A stretch of 64,000 nucleotides of DNA, taken from IMG/VR virus record IMGVR_UViG_3300045988_164842, positions 1-64,000 of that record. The stretch is one strand, 5' to 3'. This document shows, in pieces, positions 25,934 to 34,823 of this stretch. Under the pieces are notes generated by a model that saw only the letters and a program-made list of their open reading frames with translations, was not told the DNA's origin and ran no database searches. Numbering within the stretch: position 1 is the first letter of the stretch; each line of letters opens with the position of its first letter. Source of the stretch: a virus. The position numbers and the translations under genes are program-made.

Positions 25934-26125
25934 TTAAGATATTTCTTTTTTAAGAAATCTTCGGCAATGACAATACCCCGATTTCATCTGACGAAACTCC
26001 AAGCATGGACACCTTGTTGTTTCGTTGCGTTCAGTCATACATGGGCAGTAACCGTCATTGTCTTTGACAGCTTGTGTTATCGTGTCATATTCATTGATAT
26101 TAGGATTTCTCTCAATTTTAATCAT
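25934..26125 (-). CDS. ferredoxin:thioredoxin-reductase catalytic-subunit-like Cys-rich protein
   Basis: CPC-x9-CPC-x10-CHC pattern (GYCPCMTERNETTRCPCLEFRQMKSGYCHCRRF). Overlaps the nrdG stop. Confidence 0.55.
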   Translation of the reverse strand: MIKIERNPNINEYDTITQAVKDNDGYCPCMTERNETTRCPCLEFRQMKSGYCHCRRFLKKEIS

Positions 26126-26600
26126 GGGTTTTCCTCCAAAACTTATACGTTATATCTTCTATATGGTCTGCGGTTATCTTGTAAAAATGCTGATTTGTTT
26201 CTCTACAAGCTAATCCTCCAAAAGTTTTGTTGTAGTGACCTACTTTGACATAATCCAGTAAAGACATAAGACTATCAGATGGGAATATATCACTTCCGCT
26301 ATACAAACAGAATTTCATATTGTTCTCGTGAGCTTTGACAGCAATCTTTTTCAATTCATCTTCATTCCAGTCTCCGCCCATCACACAAAGACAACTCGCC
26401 GTATCTTTGTACTGAGCGACAACATCATCAATAATATCCATCAAAAGTTCACTGTCATCATCATTCCAGAGGTAAGAACTGTGGCAACCCTCACACTTGT
26501 AAGGGCAACCACACACGGAAAAGACCAAAGTTATTTCATCAGGAACTTCCGCAAAAGTAATATTCCAGCCTTTATACCTTAAAGGTTTCTGTTCCGGCAT
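26118..26600 (-). CDS. nrdG: anaerobic ribonucleotide reductase activating protein (radical SAM)
   Basis: CGCPYKCEGCHSSYLW contains CX3CX2C. Overlaps the nrdD 3' end. Confidence 0.85.
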   Translation of the reverse strand: MPEQKPLRYKGWNITFAEVPDEITLVFSVCGCPYKCEGCHSSYLWNDDDSELLMDIIDDVVAQYKDTASCLCVMGGDWNEDELKKIAVKAHENNMKFCLYSGSDIFPSDSLMSLLDYVKVGHYNKTFGGLACRETNQHFYKITADHIEDITYKFWRKTHD

Positions 26601-28434
26601 AGTATCTGTTCCTTTCTTCTTCTTGCCTTGTTTCCGAGAACTTCGAGATTCTTTTTAAATACCCGATAATTCTTGTAAGGTAGTCAAGGTCATGACTTCC
26701 GCAAGCCTCGCAAGTACCTGTATATCGCTTGCTGATATGACCACATTCGTTGCAGATTGTATTTGGGACATTCACTGTTGCGTATGAACAACCTGTTTTT
26801 ATCATTACAAGCAAAAGTTTCTTGTACTGTTCGTAGCTCAAATGTTCATCGAGATTGATATGTACTGCACTTCCGCCGTCAAGATACTTTGTTACTCTTT
26901 CTCCGTGGAGCATAAGCTTATCAATCGGATTTGTGTGTGAGTCCTCTACAACATAAAAATACGAATTGTAACAATCTCTCGGTGCAAAATAACCATCTTC
27001 TTTATCCCATTTTGCAAACTTCACGCCGAGGTTTTCAGCAGGGACAAGCTCTGTGTTGAACATGGTTTCATCAGTTTTATCCTTGACGTTTTCAGTATGG
27101 ATAGGTTTCAGAATGCTTTCGATATACTCATAATACTTTTCGTTGAATGGGTCAATCTTTATTCCAAGATACTCAGCTCCCTCGACTAAGCCGTTAATAC
27201 CAACAGTCAGATACTGCTTTTCGGGAAGAATAAATTCAGCGTCATAAATACCAATAAGCCCTGCATTTTTTAGGTCAGAAAGAATGCTGTTGTAAGCTGT
27301 AAGATATTTATGAACCCTCTGAGTTACTTCCTGTACCTTATTTGAAATTGTTTTGTAGTCAGTTTTCTCTCCTGACTGACTACTTGCAATTTGGACAATG
27401 CGGTTAATGTTGAGAGTGATAACACATTTACTACCTGTACATACTCCTCCTGCACCTAAAGTATATGAGAAGTCATTGCTTTGAATAGCGTTTCTGAGCC
27501 TACAGCAACTTGCCAGACTATCAACACTGTCACTTGTGTAGGTGAAGAAAGAATGTCCCTCTGAGTACATTTCTGCCGTGAAGTCTGCCCATTCGCTATC
27601 GACAAAATCTTCTCCGTCGTTGAGTAGGTTCATAGTTTCGACAGGGAAAGTGAGTTCTTTTTTCAGTCTTTCTTTGTTAAACCACTTCATGAAAAGCTTC
27701 TGTAACCAGCTAACACTTGTCCAACAAGGCTTAGTACCATCAGGGAAAAAGAAGTTTTCAAAGATACCGTCAAAGTATGGTTTATCAAAATAAGCAATAT
27801 TCCAGAAAACAGACTGAAAGTTTCTGGCACTGGCAGGGGTATTGATACTATAGATAACTTGCTGGAACTTGTCTGTAATTACTTCTTTAATAGATTTGTG
27901 GATTACGCCATTAACAACAACCTTATCAGCATTTTTATAGTAGTCCTGACCATAGTCTTTGCGAATAAAGTAGTCAAGATATGTAAGAAACTCAGGTGTA
28001 GAAACAGCTCCTGCAAGCTGAGAAGATACAGCATATACAAGATTGATAAAACCACCACAAAAACTATCAAGGTTCTTTGGCGGTTTCGATACTCCGCCTA
28101 AAGTTTCAAGTCCGTGAATAAGGAACGGATACATAGTAATACTGGCACAATAAGGGTATAAAGGCTTTGTTTCGTCATGCTTGTAAATCAGGTGGTTTTC
28201 AAGATCTGATATGTAGTTAGTTGCTATATCTTCGCCGTAGATTTCTTTCAGCTTGTCATACATAAGCATACGAGAAATCATGATAGCATCTTTATTGAAC
28301 AATTCTCCGTGCAGTGTTGTAATGTTTTTAAAGCTGACGTTTGCGTTGGAGTCATATTTACTTCCTGTGCTTGCGTTGACAGCGGTCTTGTAGCTTTCTA
28401 TGAAGTCTTCATAGTGCCTGTATTCATCAAACAT
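26572..28434 (-). CDS. nrdD: anaerobic (class III) ribonucleoside-triphosphate reductase
   Basis: C-terminal Zn ribbon CNECGH...CEACGS, followed by the glycyl-radical motif TRIIGYL. 620 aa. Confidence 0.9.
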   Translation of the reverse strand: MFDEYRHYEDFIESYKTAVNASTGSKYDSNANVSFKNITTLHGELFNKDAIMISRMLMYDKLKEIYGEDIATNYISDLENHLIYKHDETKPLYPYCASITMYPFLIHGLETLGGVSKPPKNLDSFCGGFINLVYAVSSQLAGAVSTPEFLTYLDYFIRKDYGQDYYKNADKVVVNGVIHKSIKEVITDKFQQVIYSINTPASARNFQSVFWNIAYFDKPYFDGIFENFFFPDGTKPCWTSVSWLQKLFMKWFNKERLKKELTFPVETMNLLNDGEDFVDSEWADFTAEMYSEGHSFFTYTSDSVDSLASCCRLRNAIQSNDFSYTLGAGGVCTGSKCVITLNINRIVQIASSQSGEKTDYKTISNKVQEVTQRVHKYLTAYNSILSDLKNAGLIGIYDAEFILPEKQYLTVGINGLVEGAEYLGIKIDPFNEKYYEYIESILKPIHTENVKDKTDETMFNTELVPAENLGVKFAKWDKEDGYFAPRDCYNSYFYVVEDSHTNPIDKLMLHGERVTKYLDGGSAVHINLDEHLSYEQYKKLLLVMIKTGCSYATVNVPNTICNECGHISKRYTGTCEACGSHDLDYLTRIIGYLKRISKFSETRQEEERNRYYAGTETFKV

Positions 28435-28633
28435 TTTTTACTCCTTTCAGGTATTCGAGAGCTTCACCATAATTCAGTTTGTTTCCGTCAACTTCGAGAA
28501 CGGGAACGTGCTTAATACCTTCTGCGACCATAACATCTTTATTGGAGATAATCTCATAAGAGAGATTTTTCTGGTTAAGCTTTGTCTTCAGCACAGAGCA
28601 AAGAGGACAGTTCGTAGTGTAAAGTTTTATCAT
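28427..28633 (-). CDS. NrdH/glutaredoxin-like redoxin
   Basis: MIKLYTTNCPLCSVLKTKL carries a CPLC active site in a thioredoxin-fold context, followed by VPVLEVDG. Confidence 0.75.
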   Translation of the reverse strand: MIKLYTTNCPLCSVLKTKLNQKNLSYEIISNKDVMVAEGIKHVPVLEVDGNKLNYGEALEYLKGVKNV

Positions 28634-29562
28634 TCTTCATCATTCCTTTCAAGTTCTTTGAGTTTCGTCATATACCATTCAGCTTTCTTTATATCTTCTT
28701 CACCGTTCTTCTGCGTTGCTCTAAAACGATATTTGTAAGTGTTACAGCGACAGAAAGATTTAACAGCTTCAACGCCGAAGAGGGAAATCATTTCGTCAAT
28801 ACATTCATATTTCCCCTGATAATGCTGAGGGTGGTTGACATTATCTTTTACAGGTTGTGAGTTTGTTTCTTTATTGTCTGGCTTCTGAGAACAAACTTCC
28901 GAAATAATATCCTGAACTTTCTGAGAAAAAAGGTCTTCAAAAAAGCAAGGGAAGCTTTCATCGAATAAGGACAGTATCTTTGTGGATAAACGTTGCATAT
29001 CCGGGTGCGGTTTGCCTGTAACTCCAATGGCTCTTAATTTGAAAAAATTTCGCCAACTTCTGATATTCATTGTCATTACAAGCTTAGTAGCAGTAGCATT
29101 CGGCAGAACACCTCTTGCATCTTGAGCAGACATACCACTTCTCACAAATTTGAGGTATTGTTTTTCAGCGGTTGTAAGGAAATTTATATACTCATAGTAT
29201 GTGTCTTCATCTGCGGTATCAAGCCAGTATGGCTTAACAAAGGAGATTTCAGAACCAAATTTTTCTTTTGAGTAGTTGCAATATCTTTGGCTCTGCTGTG
29301 AGTAACTCGCTATCCTGTGTCGAACAAGCTCGTGAGAAACTGCACGGTCAGTCACAATTTCCACTGTTATGTTGACGTGTTCAAGAGGACTTTCATGTCC
29401 TGTTGCTATCATTCGCTTGATAAAATTTTCGCAATCTTCTCTTGTAGCAGAGAGCTGTGAGTTGTAGCAAACTCTATACGCTTGTTCAATTGTGTCAAGC
29501 ATTGAGACATAGCTTTCAGACGTAGGTGCGATAAGGTTTACGCTTGGTGAAATAAGCTGCAT
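28630..29562 (-). CDS. thyX: FAD-dependent thymidylate synthase ThyX fused to a DUF3310-like C-terminal domain
   Basis: ThyX motif RHRIASYSQQSQRY. C-terminal NHPQHYQGKYECIDEMISLFGVEAVKSFCRCNTYKYRFRATQKNGEEDIKKAEWYM matches the DUF3310 pattern as I recall it. Confidence 0.85.
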   Translation of the reverse strand: MQLISPSVNLIAPTSESYVSMLDTIEQAYRVCYNSQLSATREDCENFIKRMIATGHESPLEHVNITVEIVTDRAVSHELVRHRIASYSQQSQRYCNYSKEKFGSEISFVKPYWLDTADEDTYYEYINFLTTAEKQYLKFVRSGMSAQDARGVLPNATATKLVMTMNIRSWRNFFKLRAIGVTGKPHPDMQRLSTKILSLFDESFPCFFEDLFSQKVQDIISEVCSQKPDNKETNSQPVKDNVNHPQHYQGKYECIDEMISLFGVEAVKSFCRCNTYKYRFRATQKNGEEDIKKAEWYMTKLKELERNDEE

Positions 29563-29690
29563 ATCTCTACCCCTTTCATTTTCTTTATACTTATATTTTT
29601 CGCTTGAAGAAGGTTTATCAGATATACAAAGTGTGAACTTTTAGTAAATAAAAAAAGCACTACCCGATTTCTCAGATAGTGCTTATGTAG

Positions 29691-30467
29691 TTAAGCAGTT
29701 GCTTCATGTTCCATCAATGGAAGTATTCCGTCATTTTTCAGCATTTTGTAAATAAACAAACGCCCTTTTTGTGACCAGCAAAGAAATTCTCTAACATGAG
29801 GAACTCCACTAGTGTCAGTAACAAGATTTGTCTTGGTGCTTGCATAACCTTTATCAGAATACTTCTGGTATAAGAGCCAGATGTTTCCCTGACGGTACTG
29901 GATTTTCTTTTCACGAAGATAACGGTTAAGCCATATTGCTGACTTGCCGTAATCTTTTGCGATAACTGAAATCGGTACGAGGTCTTTGCAGTTAAGAACA
30001 AGGTCGTAGTAGCTTGCTTTCGGTTTCATGACTTCAATTTCTGCTGAAAGTTCTTTGTTTTTATTCTGTTCTGACTGGAGTGTTTGAAGCAGAGTGATGA
30101 GGTTCTCCGGTGTGCTGAGTGCCTGAGTAAGTGCCTGAGGTGTCATGTATGCACCGTGTTTACGAATTGACGGAATTACTTCGGAGGTAATCCATTTTCT
30201 GAATGGTTTAGCTTGTGGCTTATCAGAACGAAGGATAACAGCGTAAAGCCCTGACTCGTTGATTACCGTCATCTCTCTCTTCTGTCTACCTGATGTCAAT
30301 TTGACTGACATCAGCTCGTCTTTATCCAATCTGCTGGCAACCATTCTTGAATTGCCTATTTCAAGCACTTTACAGACATCAGCCAGAACCCACCATGGCT
30401 CATTGTTAATTTCCGTCACTCTGATTTTGCCGAAGGTTTCATTTTCAAAAATTCTGATTTCGTTCAT
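29691..30467 (-). CDS. BRO-N / KilAC antirepressor-like protein
   Basis: Start MNEIRIFENETFGKIRVTEINNEPWW. NESGLYAVILRSDKPQAKPFRKWITSEVIPSIRKHG. C-terminal KPKASYYDLVLNCKDLVPISVIAKDYG. Confidence 0.8.
   Translation of the reverse strand: MNEIRIFENETFGKIRVTEINNEPWWVLADVCKVLEIGNSRMVASRLDKDELMSVKLTSGRQKREMTVINESGLYAVILRSDKPQAKPFRKWITSEVIPSIRKHGAYMTPQALTQALSTPENLITLLQTLQSEQNKNKELSAEIEVMKPKASYYDLVLNCKDLVPISVIAKDYGKSAIWLNRYLREKKIQYRQGNIWLLYQKYSDKGYASTKTNLVTDTSGVPHVREFLCWSQKGRLFIYKMLKNDGILPLMEHEATA
30199..30254. repeat. 56-bp inverted repeat partner (pairs with 5062..5117)
   Basis: Reverse complement matches 5062..5117 at 55/56 positions. Confidence 0.8.
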
Positions 30468-30468
30468 G

Positions 30469-31230
30469 TTAAAAATCCTTTCTATACTTATTGCTTTTGC
30501 GTGTTGATTTTTTTCTGACCTGTACAAGCTTTCCTTTCTTAGGCATATTTTTAGCTGTGTTCGCCTTAATAGACATCTTCATCTTTTCAAAACTGACAAT
30601 GATTTTCGCCCAATACTCTTTAAAATATCCGGGTATTAGCCACATAGCAGCCATTTCGCCGAGTTCGTATTCCGAACACTTTTCATAGTCTTCATTAAGG
30701 TAGTAGCTTTTTCTGAAATCGTTTATTATAATCCGGAGGTCAAGACTATCGCAAGGTTCATTATACAAGTAGTTAATTTCCTCGTCGATAGCACAACAGA
30801 TTTCAAGGTTGCTTTTTCCTACGAGTTTCGCTATTGCTCTTGAAGTAGTTACAGGAATTCCATTTTTATTGAACACAAGATAGTCCACATTATCTTCATA
30901 GGTAAGCATTTCAGTTTCTTCATTGTTTGAGCGGAAGAACGGCAGAATTTCAGTGTCTATCCACTTCCTAAAGTACCCTACTTCAAAACATTGAGCATTC
31001 TTAATAATGGTGTCCACACCATGTTTGTTAATCGCAAATTCGCCTGATGACAAAGTGACTTTATCGACTTCGTCTATCATGTCTTTAGAAGGCGTAACTT
31101 TCATCATGTTAGCGACTTCCTTTTCATTAAACCAAGGTTCTCCATCAATCTTCGCAACTTTGAGTGAGCCGAAAAAGTCATTCCAGAAAACCGAAAAATC
31201 ATTGCTGACAATATTTGATACACTACGCAT
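30469..31230 (-). CDS. degenerate BRO-N + Rha-like protein
   Basis: FGSLKVAKIDGEPWFNEKEVANMM and GIPVTTSRAIAKLVGKSN. Start is placed at MRSVSN (AAAGGAAAG RBS); the alternative upstream ATG at 31293 lacks an RBS. Confidence 0.65.
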   Translation of the reverse strand: MRSVSNIVSNDFSVFWNDFFGSLKVAKIDGEPWFNEKEVANMMKVTPSKDMIDEVDKVTLSSGEFAINKHGVDTIIKNAQCFEVGYFRKWIDTEILPFFRSNNEETEMLTYEDNVDYLVFNKNGIPVTTSRAIAKLVGKSNLEICCAIDEEINYLYNEPCDSLDLRIIINDFRKSYYLNEDYEKCSEYELGEMAAMWLIPGYFKEYWAKIIVSFEKMKMSIKANTAKNMPKKGKLVQVRKKSTRKSNKYRKDF

Positions 31231-31302
31231 AGATTCTTTCCTTTCTTTAATAGTTAGCGGAGTTTTGTTTTCCGCTACTCGAATTATGTCCATCCGCTAT
31301 GA

Positions 31303-32406
31303 TTATTCATTTCTTAAGAATATTGGCATTAACACACCTGTGAAGCTTGGTCTTTCATCTGCCGTAAAAATAATTACATTACGGCAATCTTTGAATGATA
31401 ACGTTACCTTGTTCGTTTTCATGTGCTTAACAAAATCGAGAAGCGAATCTGCAGCCATACCGATTTTGATTTCACCACCCGAGATATCCGCTTCGATTTT
31501 CTTTTCACAAAGACCTTTTCCTGTTTCATAGCTGAACGTCATCACATTGTCCTCAATAGTACAAATAACCGGAACTTTACTTTCTGCTTTGAACAGTTTG
31601 GTGAGGTCAACGTATTCCTTAATATCATCTGATTTCACGGTTGAAATAATTTTAACTTCTGATGGAATCCATGCCTCATAGTTAGGGAAATTTCCTTCTA
31701 TTAACTTTGAAGACACCTTATAGTTATCACCTGTAAAACAAACCAACTCTCCTGCAAGAGATACTTTGCAAACTCCATCACCGAGAACATTCAGTAACTG
31801 CTTGAGTGCATTCGCCGGCACTATAAATCGACTATCAACCGCTTGCTGTACGGTTGTAGTTTCGAGAGCCATTCTGTATTCGCAACAAGAGATGATTGAA
31901 AACGTGTTGTTCTCAACTTCAAAGCATTCACCTGTGAGAATACTCTTCAAAGTATCAACTCTTATAGCAAAAAGAGTTGCTTCAAGCATATCTCTTAATT
32001 TCTTTTCTGAAATTTCAAGAACAGGCTTAAAGTTTTCGTAACACGGTTTCTCAATATCGGATACATCAACTGTTTTCATTCCGCAAGTTGTTTTACCGCC
32101 AGTAATAAGAACGTTACCCGTATCGTCAATTGTCAATTCGATAGTTGGTGATTTCAGCTTCTTGAGTATGCCCGTCAAGAGTTTTGCATCGAGATATACC
32201 ATATCAAATTTTTCCGAGTTAGGTATGGCAATTTGCATATCTGTTCCAATACAGTCGTCAAAAAGGTCTTTGCCAAAAATGTGAAGCATTTTGCCGTCTG
32301 ATTCAATGCCGAGAAAGCCATCACTGTTTTTCGATGGCTTGATTGCTGTCTTTGATACGATTGTTGCGATGTTTGCGAGTTCTTTTCTTTTGATTGTGAT
32401 TTTCAT
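31303..32406 (-). CDS. dnaN: DNA polymerase III beta sliding clamp
   Basis: 367 aa. The N-terminal MKITIKRKELANIATIVSKTA...L.I.G.D pattern is typical of DnaN. Sits in a replication context. Confidence 0.75.
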   Translation of the reverse strand: MKITIKRKELANIATIVSKTAIKPSKNSDGFLGIESDGKMLHIFGKDLFDDCIGTDMQIAIPNSEKFDMVYLDAKLLTGILKKLKSPTIELTIDDTGNVLITGGKTTCGMKTVDVSDIEKPCYENFKPVLEISEKKLRDMLEATLFAIRVDTLKSILTGECFEVENNTFSIISCCEYRMALETTTVQQAVDSRFIVPANALKQLLNVLGDGVCKVSLAGELVCFTGDNYKVSSKLIEGNFPNYEAWIPSEVKIISTVKSDDIKEYVDLTKLFKAESKVPVICTIEDNVMTFSYETGKGLCEKKIEADISGGEIKIGMAADSLLDFVKHMKTNKVTLSFKDCRNVIIFTADERPSFTGVLMPIFLRNE

Positions 32407-32485
32407 GATTTTGATTTCCTTTCAGTTCTTTATATTTATAAAGTATTCGTTTTTAACACAATTACGAGATAGACAAAATGTGAAT

Positions 32486-33394
32486 TTATTTTTTACTTTT
32501 TTGGACATTTGAAAGAGGTGAATTGAACATAGCTTCTTTCTTTTGGTTGTCGCTAATATGCGTATAAATCCTTGTTGTGTTCAGATTTTCATGTCCGAGA
32601 ATTTCACAAAGTGTGAGCAAGTCAACACCACCTTGGTACATCATTGTAGCGGCACTGTGTCTAAGTTTGTGTGTAGAAAGTCCTTTATCTTCAAGTCCTG
32701 CCGCCTTCAATGATTTCTTTACAAGCTCCTGTGTTGCCCTAACACTTATTCTTTCTTTCTTCTGAGAAACAAACAACGCTTCGTTTTCATCTTCCTTTAC
32801 ATAAAGGTATTCTTCCAGAGCTTTTATACAAGCCTTGTTGAGAAAGAGCAGGCGTTCTTTATTTCCTTTGCCGAGAATTTTCATAGTACATTCCGAGAAA
32901 TCGATGTCTGACACGTTGAGATTTACAAGCTCACTTACACGCAAACCACAATTAAGGAACAGTACGAGAATACAGTAATCTCTTTCCGGGTGACGACTAA
33001 AGTCACTGACATGATTAAGAATTTCCGTAGCTTCATCAAGCGTTGCATATTTTGGCAACGCTTTTTTTATCTTTGGTCGTTCAACAAATTCCGCAGGGTT
33101 TTTGTCAATAAGATGAAGCCTTTTCCTTGCGTATTCAAAGAACGATTTGAGAGCGGAAATAGCTCTTGCACGGGTGTTGGTACACACGTTGTTGTCTGCA
33201 AGATGATTAAGGTAATCGTAGATGTTTTCCGGTGTGACTTTCGCTACATCATCAAGAGTAACATTCTCTTTCAGAATGTATGAGAAAAACGATTCAGCTT
33301 CCCTTGTGTATATAAGAATTGTCTGAGGGGAATTTGCTTTGATGACTTTCAGGTATTCAGCGTATTCATTGATAATTTTTTCTTTGTATTCCAT
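32486..33394 (-). CDS. int: tyrosine recombinase / integrase (XerC/D-like)
   Basis: Catalytic region HKLRHSAATMMYQGGVDLLTLCEILGHENLNTTRIYTH, plus an upstream GLRVSEL box. Confidence 0.9.
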   Translation of the reverse strand: MEYKEKIINEYAEYLKVIKANSPQTILIYTREAESFFSYILKENVTLDDVAKVTPENIYDYLNHLADNNVCTNTRARAISALKSFFEYARKRLHLIDKNPAEFVERPKIKKALPKYATLDEATEILNHVSDFSRHPERDYCILVLFLNCGLRVSELVNLNVSDIDFSECTMKILGKGNKERLLFLNKACIKALEEYLYVKEDENEALFVSQKKERISVRATQELVKKSLKAAGLEDKGLSTHKLRHSAATMMYQGGVDLLTLCEILGHENLNTTRIYTHISDNQKKEAMFNSPLSNVQKSKK

Positions 33395-33410
33395 GATTTT
33401 CTCCTTTCGG

Positions 33411-33453
33411 CATAAACAAAAGTGATGTAGAATTTTGGCGTTTCTACATCACT
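33411..33453 (-). terminator. hairpin terminator candidate between the accessory operon and int
   Basis: 12-bp stem AGTGATGTAGAA(33421-33432)/TTCTACATCACT(33442-33453), followed on the minus strand by TTTGTTTAT. Confidence 0.55.
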
Positions 33454-33656
33454 GTTTTACATATTCAGTTATTTTTTACTGTCTGGTTTTGTCATTACAC
33501 CAAATCAAATTTTCACGCAATTAAATTTTTGTTTTGTAACTGCTTTGTAATTTGTTAGATTTTCTGCGTGTGATAGCTACAGATAATTAAGTTCGGATTT
33601 GGAAATAACTTGTTCCTGAGAACGAAAAGATTACAGGTGTAACCGATTTGTAATAA

Positions 33657-34808
33657 TTAAGTTATTTCAAGGTTATTTTCCTTTATAAAGTTTAAAATAC
33701 CGCTTTCAGTGTCTGTTGCATTAAATATAAGTGCTTGCGTAAGTATTTTTGATATTTGTCTTTTTCTTTCTTCAGCTTCTTGTTCTGGGCTTTTATCCCT
33801 AAGAATTTCCTCATCGCTCCTTATGCTGATTAGCATAGAGATGAATCGTGTCAGAACGACGTCTGCTTTTTCAGTTGTATCTAACTTTTCTGTAACTGAA
33901 ACATTTATAAGCCAATCTAAATCACCTTGTAAAACCTTTACACCTAATTTAAATTTCTGCAAAACCTGAAGAAGATATTGTGGAAGTTTTTCAGCGTTAA
34001 TTGACGTTTTGTATTTAGACAAAATCATCACCTTATCTCTTAAATTTATCCACTCTTTAAAAGGCTTCCAGAAAGTCGTGCAAGAAAAAAACACAGGTAC
34101 TTTTATGAGCTTAATTTTTGATTCGTCCATATAAAAATCATACTGAAAAGACATACAAGAAGAAAATAATTGGAGATACGCTTTCCTTACATGTATATTA
34201 TTAGGTATATCGTATTCAATATTTTTCTTTATAGCAAAATTAATTAAGCCAACAAACCACGATATCAATGACTTTGAAGAATTTATTAACTCACTTTTTT
34301 GAAGTTTTTCTGCTATATAAGAAATTTTCTCATAAGATATCTGAGTGAGATGTGTACAGAGAGATTTTGTTTCATCTTCTGTAAGTGAACAAGTGTAAGG
34401 GAAATTTGTTATATCTCCTTTAAGTCCGTCCTTGTATTTTAAGATTAGCAGAGATAATTCATCATCTTTTCCTATAGTCGATACAAAACTATATATTATT
34501 GGATACTTTACTCTTTCTTCTTTTTCAATTTCATTTTTGATATAACTCTCTACGGAGTTTACAAGGGGAACAGTTTTGTTAATCTCGTAAATTAAAGATT
34601 GGTAAGAATCTTCTATGGCTATATTCGTTATGAAGTTCTCTATAGATTTTTTTATGGAAATCAATTTCTTTTTTATATCAGAAACATTCATATTGTCATA
34701 CTTGAAATAAGGGAAAGCAGAGATTCTTTTCAAAATCCAATTCAATGTGTCGATATAGTTTTGAATAGCTTTTTTATATTCTGGGTTTTTAAATTTTATT
34801 TTATCCAC
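33657..34808 (-). CDS. hypothetical protein (383 aa), last gene of the HTH-led accessory operon
   Basis: AT-rich, Lys/Ile/Glu/Ser-rich sequence; predicted helical from composition only. No catalytic motif recognised. Confidence 0.7.
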   Translation of the reverse strand: MDKIKFKNPEYKKAIQNYIDTLNWILKRISAFPYFKYDNMNVSDIKKKLISIKKSIENFITNIAIEDSYQSLIYEINKTVPLVNSVESYIKNEIEKEERVKYPIIYSFVSTIGKDDELSLLILKYKDGLKGDITNFPYTCSLTEDETKSLCTHLTQISYEKISYIAEKLQKSELINSSKSLISWFVGLINFAIKKNIEYDIPNNIHVRKAYLQLFSSCMSFQYDFYMDESKIKLIKVPVFFSCTTFWKPFKEWINLRDKVMILSKYKTSINAEKLPQYLLQVLQKFKLGVKVLQGDLDWLINVSVTEKLDTTEKADVVLTRFISMLISIRSDEEILRDKSPEQEAEERKRQISKILTQALIFNATDTESGILNFIKENNLEIT

Positions 34809-34823
34809 GTTATCACCTCCCTT

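Noticed and set aside
33454-34808. The idea that the 383-aa protein is an AimR-like arbitrium receptor with a downstream peptide gene (by the SPbeta analogy).
   Set aside because: There is no N-terminal HTH. No plausible signal-peptide-bearing small ORF lies in the 200 nt downstream; the only ORF there is an 8-codon one without an RBS.
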